A stretch of 63,001 nt of DNA, filler included, from Octopus bimaculoides (Eukaryota): the NCBI RefSeq assembly GCF_001194135.2. It is 7 parts of 6 records of this genome, joined end to end, with 100 filler letters (N's around TTAATTAATTAA, not from the genome) between each part and the next. Parts side by side here need not be neighbours in the genome. Positions count along the whole stretch, not along the records: positions 1 to 29,115 come from NC_068982.1; positions 29,216 to 32,017 come from NC_068983.1; positions 32,118 to 45,713 come from NC_068993.1; 4 more parts are not named here. One strand, given 5' to 3'. Below, in pieces: positions 24,823 through 37,589 of the stretch (its first letter is position 1; the number at the start of each line of letters is the position of its first letter). The translations under genes and the position numbers were made by a program. Under the pieces are notes generated by a model. It worked only from the letters and a program-made list of their open reading frames with translations. It searched no databases and was not told the DNA's origin.

Positions 24823-25381
24823 TTGAGTGAGAGAGCAGTGCATGCCATCAAAGTGACACTGGTGTAAAATATACGAAGTCCATTATACCCATTATGACTA
24901 CCCGTCTGATTAGGATACACCAGGCACATGCATCACAACCATATGTGCGCGACATAGTGATCTCATATCAAGATAAACAGCGCATGACCTCACAAGTGGG
25001 GCCCAGTTAGAATTTTCTTCAGGTCGAGTAGCCCATCCCGTTCAAAAGGTCCCTGAATAAGGGTTGTTTAAGGATGTTGAGCAAAGCACCCATGTTTCCA
25101 AAGGTGAATTATTCAAATCCCAAAGAATTTCTCTCAACACATGGCTATGATGCTCCCTCCACTACTTCTGCTCATGATCAGAGATGCACATATCGTCAGC
25201 CACCTAGGGACATGCTCAACTGTTTAAGGTCAAACAACTGACAAGCAAATTTGTGGCATTAAGCAGAATATTTGCTGTAGCCCATCTTTTATACCAAGAC
25301 AAAACAATCTACATGATAACACTTCCAATCAATTAAGATCAGAAGCCATGAGAGCCACTGCCTGGTACTGCATCCGGGCAC

Positions 25382-25385
<4 letters not shown>
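24823..25385. repeat. Probable interspersed repeat of about 560 bp bounded by (TTA)n tracts
   Basis: A higher-GC block with sharp (TTA)n boundaries on both sides, as expected for a retroposed fragment. No second full copy is in the window, so the class is unassigned. Confidence 0.45.
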
Positions 25386-25416
<31 letters not shown>

Positions 25417-26657
25417 GCATTTTTTATTTTACTTTTTTGCTTCTGACTACGTCCAGGTATGCAAAAAATTCGCTTCGAAAATTCTCAATGTTTTTCAAAT
25501 CTAACTAAAGGAATTAATTTTCACTTTAAGTATTTTTTTCAAACTGGGATTATCATTGAACATTTTGGAATGTGTACTTGTGCTATGGTTGCATAACAAA
25601 GCTAGATTTTTAAAAATAAGTACTTTAATTCTAATTAACCAACTGGAAGCCTTTAATGATTTGTTAAATGAGGAAAACAGCCACAAAAGAAATTATAAGA
25701 AACAGAGCAAAACAGCTACCAACAGAACGTAAAACCTATTCATGGATAATGAACATGTATGCAAGCAAATTGCAGGCAAAAAAGTAACATTTCAACAAAA
25801 AAAACAACAACGTAATATCAACTAGCTTAACAACATCACCATCACCACCAACAGCAGTAGCACTACTACCAACAACAGCTGTTCACATATATTTTGTCCA
25901 ATCAATGATGTGCTATCATTTGCAAGTGTTCTTTCGAACTAGACAAGCATAGATATGAAACATTTTACTGAAAGAGCTATTGCACAAAGGTATTTTATTC
26001 GCAAGATAGGCATCAACCTGTTACAATCCATCACTGAGTTGTTCAAGAATAAAGAATGTGCTTTGCCGAGGCCACAGGAGCTTTCCTAGTTTCATCTAAT
26101 GAAATTTACTGACAGTGAAATCTACTTTATTGGGAGGAAATATATAGCATCATATATGTCATTTTTTAAACAGAATGCACTAAAAATTCAAGCCCAAATT
26201 GTTCAAGACAAACTTGCCCATAAGATTGTCTCAATTTCTGGGAAGAAAATCGACAATGATCGTTGTCAGGAATACCAGCGGCAGTATTGTCCCCTGGCTT
26301 GTAACCCCTTTTGTGACATAATATAGGCAGGTGGTCGGTGATATGTGACTTGTCCCTCTATCATTCTTTATCCTCTGAAGGCCTGGCGTAAAACAGTTCC
26401 CCTCTCTACTACACCTCTACCAAGTCAAAGAAGAATTTTGTCTTGTGAGTTACTTAGCAACATCACTAGTGCTGGTACCATGAAACAAAAAGCACTCAGT
26501 ACCCTGTTAAATAGTTGACGTTAGAAAGGACATTATACCAAAAACAATGAAGATTGATGTAGTCCTTCAGCCCATCAGATGCTGTCAAACCATTCAATCC
26601 ATGTTGGCATGGAAGATAGGCATCAAATGATGATGGTGATGATGATGATAATGATGC

Positions 26658-26741
<84 letters not shown>

Positions 26742-27915
26742 ACACACACAATGTGTACATGTATATACAGACACATATATATAATGCGTGCATATATGTA
26801 CATACACACATATTTATAAGTGCACATGTACGCATGTTTAACAATACATGCCATTCTATGACAAAAATGGCAATTTTGAGTTTATAAATTCATGTTACTG
26901 TACGAATGTTGAATGACAATATGTTCATAAGTTAGCTATAAAATTAAGACATCACACTTAACTGTTGAATTAAATGATTATGGCTGTTACTAACGTAGAA
27001 TTCATTTATTTTATCAATTTACTTTTTTCTTTTGTTGTTGGTAGGTATGTTTTCTTGTATTCCTCTTTGTACTGGAATATCATGAAAAGAGAGACAAATA
27101 TATATTGCTATTTGCATTGATAATATTGACTTCATATATTCTATTCTAATAAAATATATAAAATGTTCTCAAGGGTATTTTCTTATATCTTACTACTTTG
27201 AGAAATACTGTAAGAACTGGGGATAGTTAGAGTATTAATTTGATACAATAGTAACCTGAATTTGAAAGAAGCAGATGTAAATGCTTTAAGACTGAATATA
27301 TATGAGAATAGTAGCAATCCAAGAAGTAACCAAGATGTTAGTAAACAAAGAATTAGAAACAATAAAGCTTTAAACTTTTGAATAAAATGTCATATAGGTA
27401 TGTATCTAAGATATTTTAACCAAAATTTTGAAAGATATTTTCAAAAGTCAATGTATAATATGCAACGTGTTTATATATACATTTTTTTGTGAGTACCACT
27501 TTAGCGTTTCAAGCTATAGAATTTGTTCCAGTTTCTAAGATTTATACTTTCTAAGCCATTTAACACGAACTGGAATCGTTCTTTTTACTTTTTTGAATTT
27601 GCGTCAAAATGCTTAATAAAATGGTTTTCTAAATTAAAAAAAAATCAAGCATTTGAATTACATATTAACAGTACATTTTTGCTAGAAGAAAAGAATGGCA
27701 TTTCTACTCCGTTGTCATAACAGCATCTCTACTTAGTTGTTCTGTTTATCTTTTGTATTTGAAAGTTCGTTCTTGATACTTAACTAAAACAACAAACGGC
27801 GTAGCTAATGCTAAATGAATGTGAACAATGAGATGTTTTGCTCTGAAGTCGTCGGTATTTTAATCAAAATGAGACTAAACTTTTATAGTAAATTACCGTA
27901 AATTTATCTTATCAA

Positions 27916-27976
<61 letters not shown>

Positions 27977-28644
27977 CACACACACACCACAACACAACAC
28001 ATACACACACACACAAATATATATACGAGACTAAATATTAAACCCTTGTTTTCAAAGAAATATCGCTCTCGTAACATTTTAAATTACTAGCAGACGCACC
28101 CGTCCTTTGGTCGGTTTAAGTTGCTTTGGTGGTATTTTTTCACCAAATAATTGAACTACAGAAACAGCCACATAAATGGTGTAATGAAATTGAAGGGAGA
28201 CGTTGAAACTACCCGTCTGCGAATTTATTTTTTTCAACAGCAAAGGAAGCTATTTTTCGGAGAGATAAGCTAACAAAAGCCCCTTTATTCTGTCTTTCCA
28301 CATAGCCTGCACATAAACTAACAGTGAATGCTGCATAAAGTGAAATTGGAGTTTTCTGAAAGATACGTGTAGCTTTCGCTAGTGGAAGCAAAATTCTTAT
28401 TTAAAGGTTGATTCTTTGGGACGAATCATATGTGATTGTTTAAAAAGGGCAAGAACGACAGTGTTAAAATGTATCTTAAACAATAGAAAACAGTCGAAAT
28501 ATCACAATGGATGCGTAAATAAGCATCCTTAAAGTTAAACCACGCATTGATAGGTAAACAAAGGTATTAACAAATAGAAAAGAGGAAAAGGAACATTTAC
28601 ATTTCAAGTGACTCAGAATAGGTAAAGGTAAGCGTGATGAAACT

Positions 28645-28902
28645 TTGCCCCAGTTAACGAAGCTTTGTGAATTAACATTAACACTACCAGCAACAAGTGC
28701 TGCATGGGAGCGCTCCTTTTCATACCTAAGGAGAATTCATAATTATACAAGAAATTCGCTGGAACAAGAAACGTTCAGCAGTTTAGCTCTAATTGGCATA
28801 GAAAAAGCTGTTTTAAAAAGCATTAAGAACGATGTCTTCTACAATGATGCTATCAACAATTTCAACAAGAAAGAGAGAAGGATTGAATTAACATTTAAAT
28901 AA
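28645..28902 (+). mobile_element. hAT (ZMYM1-like) transposase dimerisation domain remnant
   Basis: PQLTKLCELTLTLPATSAAWERSFSYLRRIHNYTRNSLEQETFSSLALIGIEK matches the LPxTSAxxERSFSxLxRIxxYxRxxxxQ signature. A degenerate AHKL (CxAH-like) motif lies upstream at about 28310. Confidence 0.85.
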
Positions 28903-29048
28903 AATAGGTAAGTTTTAATTGTGACTTTTTTCTTTAAAAAATAGCTGTATAATATGAACATGTCAATTTGATTCAAATATCTATGTGACAGAAAATTTTG
29001 GTCATTGCTTTCCCAGCCAGAAAGAAAGAAGCATATTTGTATATATAC

Positions 29049-29095
<47 letters not shown>

Positions 29096-29559
29096 TATAT
29101 GTATATATACATATANNNNNNNNNNNNNNNNNNNNNNNNNNNNNNNNNNNNNNNNNNNNTTAATTAATTAANNNNNNNNNNNNNNNNNNNNNNNNNNNNN
29201 NNNNNNNNNNNNNNNTATATATCCACTAATGCAGTGTTGATCTCTCATTCTCGTCGTTCGACGTTTACGTATGTGTGTGTGCATGTATGTATGTATGTAT
29301 GTATGTATGTATGTGTGTGTGTACGTATGTATGATGTATGTATGCATGATGGACTCTCCCGTTGGATTCGGCGGATGAAGATCCGACAAATTACCCGTTC
29401 TTTGTTGGTCAAAATGCTCATGTAGAATGTGACATTTGAGTCCCGCCAACGATTTGTAAAGAGGTCTGCAAATATAAGGATTACGAGTCAGTGCAGGTGT
29501 TATATTTGCAGCCACTTTTCTACTTTGCCTTGTATTTCTAAGCCTGTTAGTGCTAATTG

Positions 29560-29632
<73 letters not shown>

Positions 29633-29723
29633 GGGAGAGACAGAGAGAAGAAAGAGAGAAGGATTATGCACACAGACATGCATGTATGGCATGTATATCC
29701 ATGCATGTATATATGTATGCTGT

Positions 29724-29915
29724 GGAGGCGCAATGGCCCAGTGTTTAGGGCAACGGACTCGCGGTTATAGGATCGCGGTTTCGATTCCCAGACCGGGCGT
29801 TCTGAGTGTTTATTGAGCGAAAACACCTAATGCTCTACGAGGCTCCGGCAGGGGATAGTGGCGAACCCTGCTGTACTCTTCCACCACAACTTTCTCTCAC
29901 TCTTACTTCCTGTTT
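29724..29915 (+). mobile_element. tRNA-derived SINE, family C
   Basis: GGAGGCGCAATGGCCCAGTG (A box)...GGTTTCGATTCCCAGACC (B box)...TTGAGCGAAAACAC. Related to the copies at 50355 and 53715-54400. Confidence 0.8.
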
Positions 29916-30194
29916 CATTTCAAGATTTTTTTGTCAATAAAATAAGACCCAGTTTCTAACCCAGATCCAAAGCTCCTTTATTGGAATTTCAACATCAACA
30001 ACAAGGTATTTTTGTATGTATGTATTTATGTATGTATATATGCAGATTTATGTGTTTCGTTTTATGCATGTCTTCTCGTACACATACTTGCATATCTAGA
30101 CATGCTCATATATACTTAAATGTTAAACGTCTGGAAAGTTTTACAGATTTTGTCAGTTCCAGTGATGGACTGTATTTGTAGTCTTTGAATCAGC

Positions 30195-31400
30195 TTTCTC
30201 CTTTCTGGTTTTGAGAAGCTTAATTTCTCAAAATTGGTATTTAGGTAATGTGTTACATATCCCAGTGCCTCAATAATTATAAGTATAAACCTGAACTTGT
30301 TTGTAATCTAGATAGAGAAGCTGCAGATTTCTCAATAGTTCAGCGTAGCTATTTTCTTTTTCATCGATCTTCAGCTTCATGTTAACATCCGTTGGGCATC
30401 TGATTTCCACAACATATACTTTCAAGTCATCCACGAAGAAACAGTGTGTAATTTTTGTATTTCTCTTACCTTGTGAACCAGTGAGATAGCCTTTGTACTT
30501 CATTAACATGAATGACAAAGAATTACAGAACGTATAAGTAACATTACAGAGAGGCTGTCCCCTTGGAATATGCCACTGCGATACTGTATTCTATCAGTGA
30601 TCATAAAGTCACTCCGTGTGTTTAATTTTAAGATGGTGACCCACGATGATGTCAAGTCAGCTATGGCTTTGATTATGCTCACTGGAATTTTAGCAAGTTG
30701 AAGGGCTTCTAGCATACACGAGTAGGGAACAGAGTCAAAGGCTTTCTTGTAGTCTAGTCACATTGAAACTAGGTTCCATCTATGCTCTAACACGTCTGAT
30801 ATTACAGTTTTGCTTGTTAGCAATTGCTCGACACATTCCCACACACACTTCTTGCCAGCTGCTTGTTCTGCTGTGATGATGTCATTGTGGGTGGTTCTGC
30901 ATTTGGGGACCAGTTTTGTCTGTGCCGGAGCTAACCAGTGTGGTATGCTACTCTTCTCGATGAGAACTTGCTGGTATAGGTTGATAAAATATGGGCAGTA
31001 GAATGTTGACTTCTTGTACTAATATCCAACAGTCAAGTCTCTTCCGGGTGTTTTTCCATCACGAAGTTTCTGGATCACAGTTACAAAGGTATCACTATCA
31101 ATGCTGTATGTCTTGGCTGTAATGCAGGGACAATAACTTCTTTGAATTTCTTCCAGCCACAGTGCATCTTCTCTTCAATCCAGATTTTCCTCTAGAAGGA
31201 GCCTATGTTTTCTCATGTCTCTGTACACTTTTGCTTTGTTCCGGTTAATTTTTTTGTTTATTGTTTTTCTCTCAGTTATTTTCTTCTTATGTCGAAGTTT
31301 CTCACTGACAGCTTTTAGTTCCTACTTGAGGGTGATCAGTTTGCAAGTGAGTGTCCTCTTTTTGCCCTTTCCAAACATTACTTCTGTCTCATTCTCCACC
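30195..31400 (-). mobile_element. R4/Dong-like non-LTR retrotransposon remnant (RT plus RLE fragments)
   Basis: EQAAGKK, LDYKKAFDSVP, GIFQGDSLS and THCFFVDDLKVY, then a deletion junction into an RLE tail VVEIRCPTDVN..KIDEKENSYAEL. Many stops and frameshifts. Confidence 0.88.
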
Positions 31401-31547
31401 TTTTGGTGAGACGTTTAGTGATTTGTTTGTTTGCACGCAATAAGCATCAATATATGTGTATGTATGTATGCATGTATGTATTTATGTATGTATGTATGTA
31501 TGTAAGTACGTGCGCGTATACACATGTTTGCGCGCGCGTTTGTGTGT

Positions 31548-31616
<69 letters not shown>

Positions 31617-31980
31617 CGCTTCTGCTGGTAACGAAATATCGTCACAACAAAGAAAAATTTTGTTGCAGTGGAAATCCGAAAAAACAATGCGTTGTGATTG
31701 TGATTATATGCACAAATACGTGCACGCGTTTGTGAGAAACAGAGAAAGAAAGAGAGAGAGAGAGGGGGGAGACAGAGAGAAAGAGAGAGGATAAATTGAT
31801 TAATAAAGTAAAGAATAATGCTCTGAAATGTACGCATATCATAAGAAGTACATTTCGTTGGTATAAATGATCTTAAGATGTGATGAAGTACGACATGATG
31901 TCTCATGTATGTTTGTGTATGTGCAATTATGCATATATGGATGGGTGCATATAAGTGTGTGTGTGTATATATGAAACATA

Positions 31981-32017
<37 letters not shown>

Positions 32018-32117
32018 NNNNNNNNNNNNNNNNNNNNNNNNNNNNNNNNNNNNNNNNNNNNTTAATTAATTAANNNNNNNNNNNNNNNNNNNNNNNNNNN
32101 NNNNNNNNNNNNNNNNN

Positions 32118-33245
32118 GGAACGTGCTCTGGCAAGGGCGGTGTGGATGGTGGCGAGCCATGAGTTGAGACGGAGTTTCAAAGTCATGGCTGTCACTACAG
32201 AGCCTGCGTAGACGGAGGAATTGGGAATAGGGAATGGAAAGTTTGGTGTGTTTAGGGTGGGAGGAGGAGAAGATAAGAGTGTGAGTCTGTGTGTTTGTAG
32301 TGGATGGAGGTGCTAAGAGTGGAGTGGTGGATACTGACCGAAATGTCAAGAAAGGGGACAGAAGTGTCAGAGATAGTGCAGGAGAAGTGGAGGGCAGGAT
32401 GGAAGGATTGAACGAAAGAGAGGAACGAGTCAAGATGTTCGCGGGAGAGTGAGGTGGCACCNNNNNNNNNNAGTGCAGGAGAAGTGGAGGGCAGGATGGA
32501 AGGATTGAACGAAAGAGAGGAACGAGTCAAGATGTTCGCGGGAGAGTGAGGTGGCACCGATACAGTCGTCGATATAACGACCGTATAGCTCGGAAGTAGG
32601 ACCAGTGAAATTTGAGAATATTTGGGCCTCAACATAGCCAACGAACAGGTTTGCGAACGAGAAGCAGTTAAGAGAGAGGACAAGTCCGGCCAAACGAATG
32701 AGTGTGGAGGTGTCGGGTTGTGGGTTGGGGCGTTGATCGAGGAAATATTTAAGTGCACGCAGCCCCTCGTCGTGAGGGATCACCGTATAGTGAGTGAAGG
32801 TTGGGAAGCTTAGTGTCGGTAAGAAATGCATGAAAGAGATGATTAAGTTGAATGATAAAGCGCAATGTTTTGTGAGCATGGGAGGGTGACAGAGAGGAGA
32901 AAAAGATGGAAAAGGCTGGAGGAAGAAGGCGGTCGATAGTGTGAATTTTAGAGAGATTGGAGCGAATGGTGGCCCGCATAAGGCGGTAGGATGTGGCGCG
33001 GAGTATGGGTAGGATGGTGTTAGAAGAGTGGAGAGTGGGGTGGAAATGGAGGCGAAACCTTTAGGGATGAGGCGGTGATGTAAGCAGCGACTGAGAAACG
33101 TAATGTGACTAGAAAAACGAGTTTTCTTGAATATCAGTAAGGAGGGTCGTATAGTAGGTTGAAAGTATTGAGAGGGAAGTGTGCGGAGGTATAGTTTAAG
33201 GCGGTTGTGGAGAGTGAGTTGGAAAGATTTGTAGTCAGGCATGAT
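32118..33245 (-). mobile_element. Penelope-like element, RT remnant
   Basis: SHITFLSRCL...LIPKGF, YTVIPHDEGL.AL..FL, ANLFVGYVE, YGRYIDDC, VPFLDISV, YKHTDSHSYL and SIPYSQFLRLRRLCS. The Q..G.AMG motif is deleted. Confidence 0.92.
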
Positions 33246-33734
33246 GGGACGAGAGAGAGAAAAGAAACAAACACGTGAGGAGAAAATTAGACATGGGAAG
33301 GAGAATTACAAAAGGTGTGGTGGAAAAAAAATACAAGCGTGATGAGAAAATTAGACGTGGGAAGAAAAAGAATTGCAAAAGATGTGGGGGGGGGAATAAA
33401 GGCGTGAGGAGAAAAACGAAAAAGGCGTTGTGAGAAGAAAATATATGCGAGGTGNNNNNNNNNNNNNNNNNNNNNNNNNNNNNNNNNNNNNNNNNNNNNN
33501 NNNNNNNNNNNNNNNNNNNNNNNNNNNNNNNNNNNNNNNNNNNNNNNNNNNNNNACACTTTCACACCTACATACATACATGTATACGTTAAGATCACCAG
33601 CATTCTCTTACATGCACGCACCTTCTCGTCTTGGGATCCCCACTTTTTTGTTATCTCCCCTTTTTCTTAGCCCTCCTGTGTGAACCTTCTGTCCGGCATT
33701 CGCCATGATAGATCGCTGACCACTACATTCATAT

Positions 33735-33853
33735 TTTTTTCTCTCCTTGTTCTGTGTTCCTTTCTGTTGAAGAGCGTAGGCTCGAAACGTTAAAGACTTT
33801 CTCTATTCCCGAGCGTTATACTAATACATCCATTCGTTGTTTACACCCCCTGT
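33735..33853 (+). mobile_element. Penelope-type terminal fragment carrying a hammerhead-like motif
   Basis: CTTT CTGTTGA A GAGC GTAG GCTC GAAA C GTT AAAG at 33760-33795. It lies about 500 bp from the PLE RT remnant and is homologous to 18420-18560. Confidence 0.65.
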
Positions 33854-35242
33854 NNNNNNNNNNNNNNNNNNNNNNNNNNNNNNNNNNNNNNNNNNNNNNN
33901 NNNNNNNNNNNNNNNNNNNNNNNNNNNNNNNNNNNNNNNNNNNNNNNNNNNNNNNNNNNNNNNNNNNNNNNNNNNNNNNNNNNNNNNNNNNNNNNNNNNN
34001 NNNNNNNNNNNNNNNNNNNNNNNNNNNNNNNNNNNNNNNNNNNNNNNNNNNNNNNNNNNNNNNNNNNNNNNNNNNNNNNNNNNNNNNNNNNNNNNNNNNN
34101 NNNNNNNNNNNNNNNNNNNNNNNNNNNNNNNNNNNNNNNNNNNNNNNNNNNNNNNNNNNNNNNNNNNNNNNNNNNNNNNNNNNNNNNNNNNNNNNNNNNN
34201 NNNNNNNNNNNNNNNNNNNNNNNNNNNNNNNNNNNNNNNNNNNNNNNNNNNNNNNNNNNNNNNNNNNNNNNNNNNNNNNNNNNNNNNNNNNNNNNNNNNN
34301 NNNNNNNNNNNNNNNNNNNNNNNNNNNNNNNNNNNNNNNNNNNNNNNNNNNNNNNNNNNNNNNNNNNNNNNNNNNNNNNNNNNNNNNNNNNNNNNNNNNN
34401 NNNNNNNNNNNNNNNNNNNNNNNNNNNNNNNNNNNNNNNNNNNNNNNNNNNNNNNNNNNNNNNNNNNNNNNNNNNNNNNNNNNNNNNNNNNNNNNNNNNN
34501 NNNNNNNNNNNNNNNNNNNNNNNNNNNNNNNNNNNNNNNNNNNNNNNNNNNNNNNNNNNNNNNNNNNNNNNNNNNNNNNNNNNNNNNNNNNNNNNNNNNN
34601 NNGCATATTCTGTTGTGTCTGAGGAGAGTCATTCTCTTTGTGCCTTATAATTTAACACACTCATCGGTAAAATTTCCACTTATTTCTTTTTTATTTTTAT
34701 TTTTTTTTTTTCTTAAATTTTCGTTGCGTCTTGCAACCTTTTCAATAGTTTTGACTCTGTCCGTTACTCACATTGCATTCCTTTTTGTTTGTTTGTGCGC
34801 ATGTGTGTGGATTTGTGTGTGTGTGTGTGTGTGTGTGTGCCTGTACATGCATGCATGCATGTATGTATGTATGTATTTATGTATGTATGTATGTATGTAT
34901 GTATGTGCACGCATGTATGTGTGTGTGTGTGCATATGTATATATTTATGTATGTGTGTCCATTTGTATGTATGTACTCTGCATATTCATGTTTGCGTGTC
35001 TGTGTTTATGTGTTTTTTTGTATGTGTGTGTATGTTTCTGTGTTTCTATGTGTGTGTGTGTGTGTGTGCCCCCGTCTCCTTGTGTGTGCATGTCTGAGTG
35101 TGTGTGTGTGTGTGTGTGTGTGTGCGTATGGTCATGTCTTCATTTGTGTATGTGTGCTTGTCTGTTCATATAACCTATATACCTATCCGTCTGTATGTTG
35201 ATCTGTTTACTTTCATATCCATATGCTTACATACATGTGCAT

Positions 35243-35307
<65 letters not shown>

Positions 35308-35469
35308 CATACACACACACATACATTTATCTATCTACATACATAGTAACTACTCTACTCTATACACATACATACTAACTATTCTACTCTACCTGTGTAA
35401 ACTATGGGTATGGGGGTATGATATCTACTATGTATATTTCCTATTTAGTATTCGGGAAGTTTCTTTATG

Positions 35470-36255
35470 AATACGTACTCCCATCTTTGTCTGAGTGTTG
35501 AGTCATTTGGGTGCTTGGATAAGTGCGGATGTCAAGTTGATTCAGGTTGCCTCCATGTTGATCCTTGGCATGTTGGTAGAGTATGGAGGACTGTTTTGTG
35601 TCGTCATATTATCTCAATGTTCATTTAGTCGTTCCGCAATGCTCCAAGATGTCTCCACTATGTATGTCATGTTCATGTCTTTAAAAATAATTTCTATGCA
35701 TCTTATGCTGTAAACTACATTTCTAGTTCTACAGTCAATGCCAGGGCTAATCCTACGTGCCATGCAGTTATCATTGGTGCATGTGGTATTGTCAAAGTGT
35801 ACGTCCTACATAGTTGTGATCTGACGGAGTTCCCTGGCTTTTCAACAATCATAATGTTGAGTTTGGTCTCCTTCAGAGCTTTTCTAAATCTACGGGCTAG
35901 TTCTCCGTGGGCTGTGGCCTCTACAAACATGAGGCATTGATATTTGTAGATTTTATACCATGTGTTCGCCTTGTTTGCTTTGTCACAAGATTTTTGTATC
36001 TTATTCCAGTCTTTGTTTCTATATTTAGGGCAGGTATCACTGGTATCATTACATATAATGTTATCTAATTTCTTTCTAGCACCCTGTATGTTCGAACCCT
36101 ATCTTTCTGATCATATCCAGAAAACTGCATGCGGTGCATGAAGTTCTGTATGCTTTTTCGTTTCATAGGGTTCGCATAGTGGGGAGACGTTGTTCATTAT
36201 CCTAAGTCTGCTATCAGTATGTTAATTTTCATGTTGTGTGATAAAGCTGATAGCA
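35470..36255 (-). mobile_element. Penelope-like element of a second lineage (RT C-terminus plus GIY-YIG remnant)
   Basis: MFVEATAHGELARRFRKALKE..IVEKPG.SV.SQL, then CRTRNVVYSIRC...TYIVETS..IAERLNEH...LYQHAKDQHGG. Confidence 0.75.
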
Positions 36256-36310
36256 GACTTAGGATAATGAACAACGTGTCTCCATAATAATGATAATAAT
36301 AAAGATGATG

Positions 36311-36349
<39 letters not shown>

Positions 36350-36371
36350 TTAATAATAATAATAATAATAA

Positions 36372-36605
36372 TGATAGAATTTGACAAGATCAGTAAATAT
36401 AAAGACTTGCTAATAGAAATTGAAAAAATGTGGCACCTCAAGGCGACTGCCATACCAGTGATTGTAGGATCTCTAGGAATGATAAAAGAAAAAGGTACTG
36501 AAACCTATTTGAAAATGATACCAGGCTTACCATCCCTACAGGAAGTGCAAAAAATCGTGTTAACTGGAACGACTCATGTACTGAGAAGAGCATTATCGCT
36601 GCGAA
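36372..36605 (+). mobile_element. R4/Dong-like 3' RLE fragment embedded in (AAT)n
   Basis: DKISKYKDLLIEIEKMWHLKATAIPVIVGSLGMI...LQEVQKIVLTGTTHVLRRAL, with (AAT)n at about 36285-36372 and 36780-36839. Confidence 0.85.
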
Positions 36606-36779
36606 AACAACATCCATTCATGAATTTTTTTTTTGTTTTTTTTTCTTAAATACATGTTTTACCTGTGAATTTGCGTGCGTAAACTGGGAATGCATACAAC
36701 GAGTTTCTCTGCCTTAGGTGTACGGAAAACACTCGGCGAGAAATGGAAGAAAATTTGAAGAAAGAAGAAAAATAACAAC

Positions 36780-36839
<60 letters not shown>

Positions 36840-37589
36840 GTCACAACGGTAATGAGGATCCCAACGAACTAAGGTGCGCAAGCGTGTGTGCAAGAATGGT
36901 GTGTGCGAGTGTGTATGTGTGAATGGGGGCAAGTGAGTACGTTTGTGTGTGTGTATGTGTGAGTATGCGTATGCAAGTGTGTATATGTGTTGGGCTAACG
37001 TACATGTGTGTGTTGTGCGTAGCATTGAAGTGTACTTGTTCGGGTGGTGTGTGCACGTGTGCATGTGTGTGTGTATAGTGTGTTTAGTGTATGTTTGTGT
37101 TATCTGTGTCCATTCGTGTTGCGTGTGTTTATGTGTGTTGCGTGTGTTTATGAGTGTTGCCTGTGTGTGTTTATATTGTCTGTTCGGGTATTATGTGCTT
37201 GTGTGGATGTGGGAATGTGCATGATGATGTGTAGTGTATATACTGAGTTAAACAGTATGTGGGGCTGCTTGTATAGTGGTATGTGAAGTTACGCTATTGA
37301 AGATTGTGCGTGGGTGTGTGGATAATTGTGTGTTGTGTAGGTGCCGATTGTGTGTGCGTGCGTGGTGTGAGTGCTGGGAAGTGTTCAGTGCTAGTGTGCG
37401 TAGAGTGGATAGGTGTTTGTGGGAGTGTGTGTAATGGTGTGTGAAGTGAGTAATGAGTTGAACAGTGTGCATGCGTGTTTGTATAGTGGTGTGTGTGTGA
37501 TTAGGATACCGAGGTAGATAGTGTACAGATGTGTAAGTGGAGAGGGACAGTTGAATGTAGGAAGTGTGGTTGACTACGTGTGGAGTTGG

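Noticed and set aside
26099-26326. 75-aa plus-strand ORF with Cys residues (…CQEYQRQYCPLACNPFCDII)
   Set aside because: No recognisable family, no partner exons, and the length is within chance expectation.
27020-27050. Pyrimidine tract with AG|GTATGT, a possible recursive splice site
   Set aside because: No plus-strand host gene is established and such a motif is expected by chance in AT-rich DNA.
28085-28130. TACTAGCAGACGCACCCGTCC resembling a non-autonomous Helitron end
   Set aside because: Only a short motif, with no matching hairpin/CTRR terminus or second copy in the window.
29350-29520. Minus-strand YICRPLYKSLAGLKCHILHEH resembling a zinc finger
   Set aside because: It lacks proper C2H2 spacing and is more likely a decayed RTE-type C-terminal motif; too weak to call.
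32379-32558. Exact duplication of about 85 bp either side of a 10-N gap in the PLE RT
   Set aside because: An unmerged contig overlap; removing it restores the reading frame.
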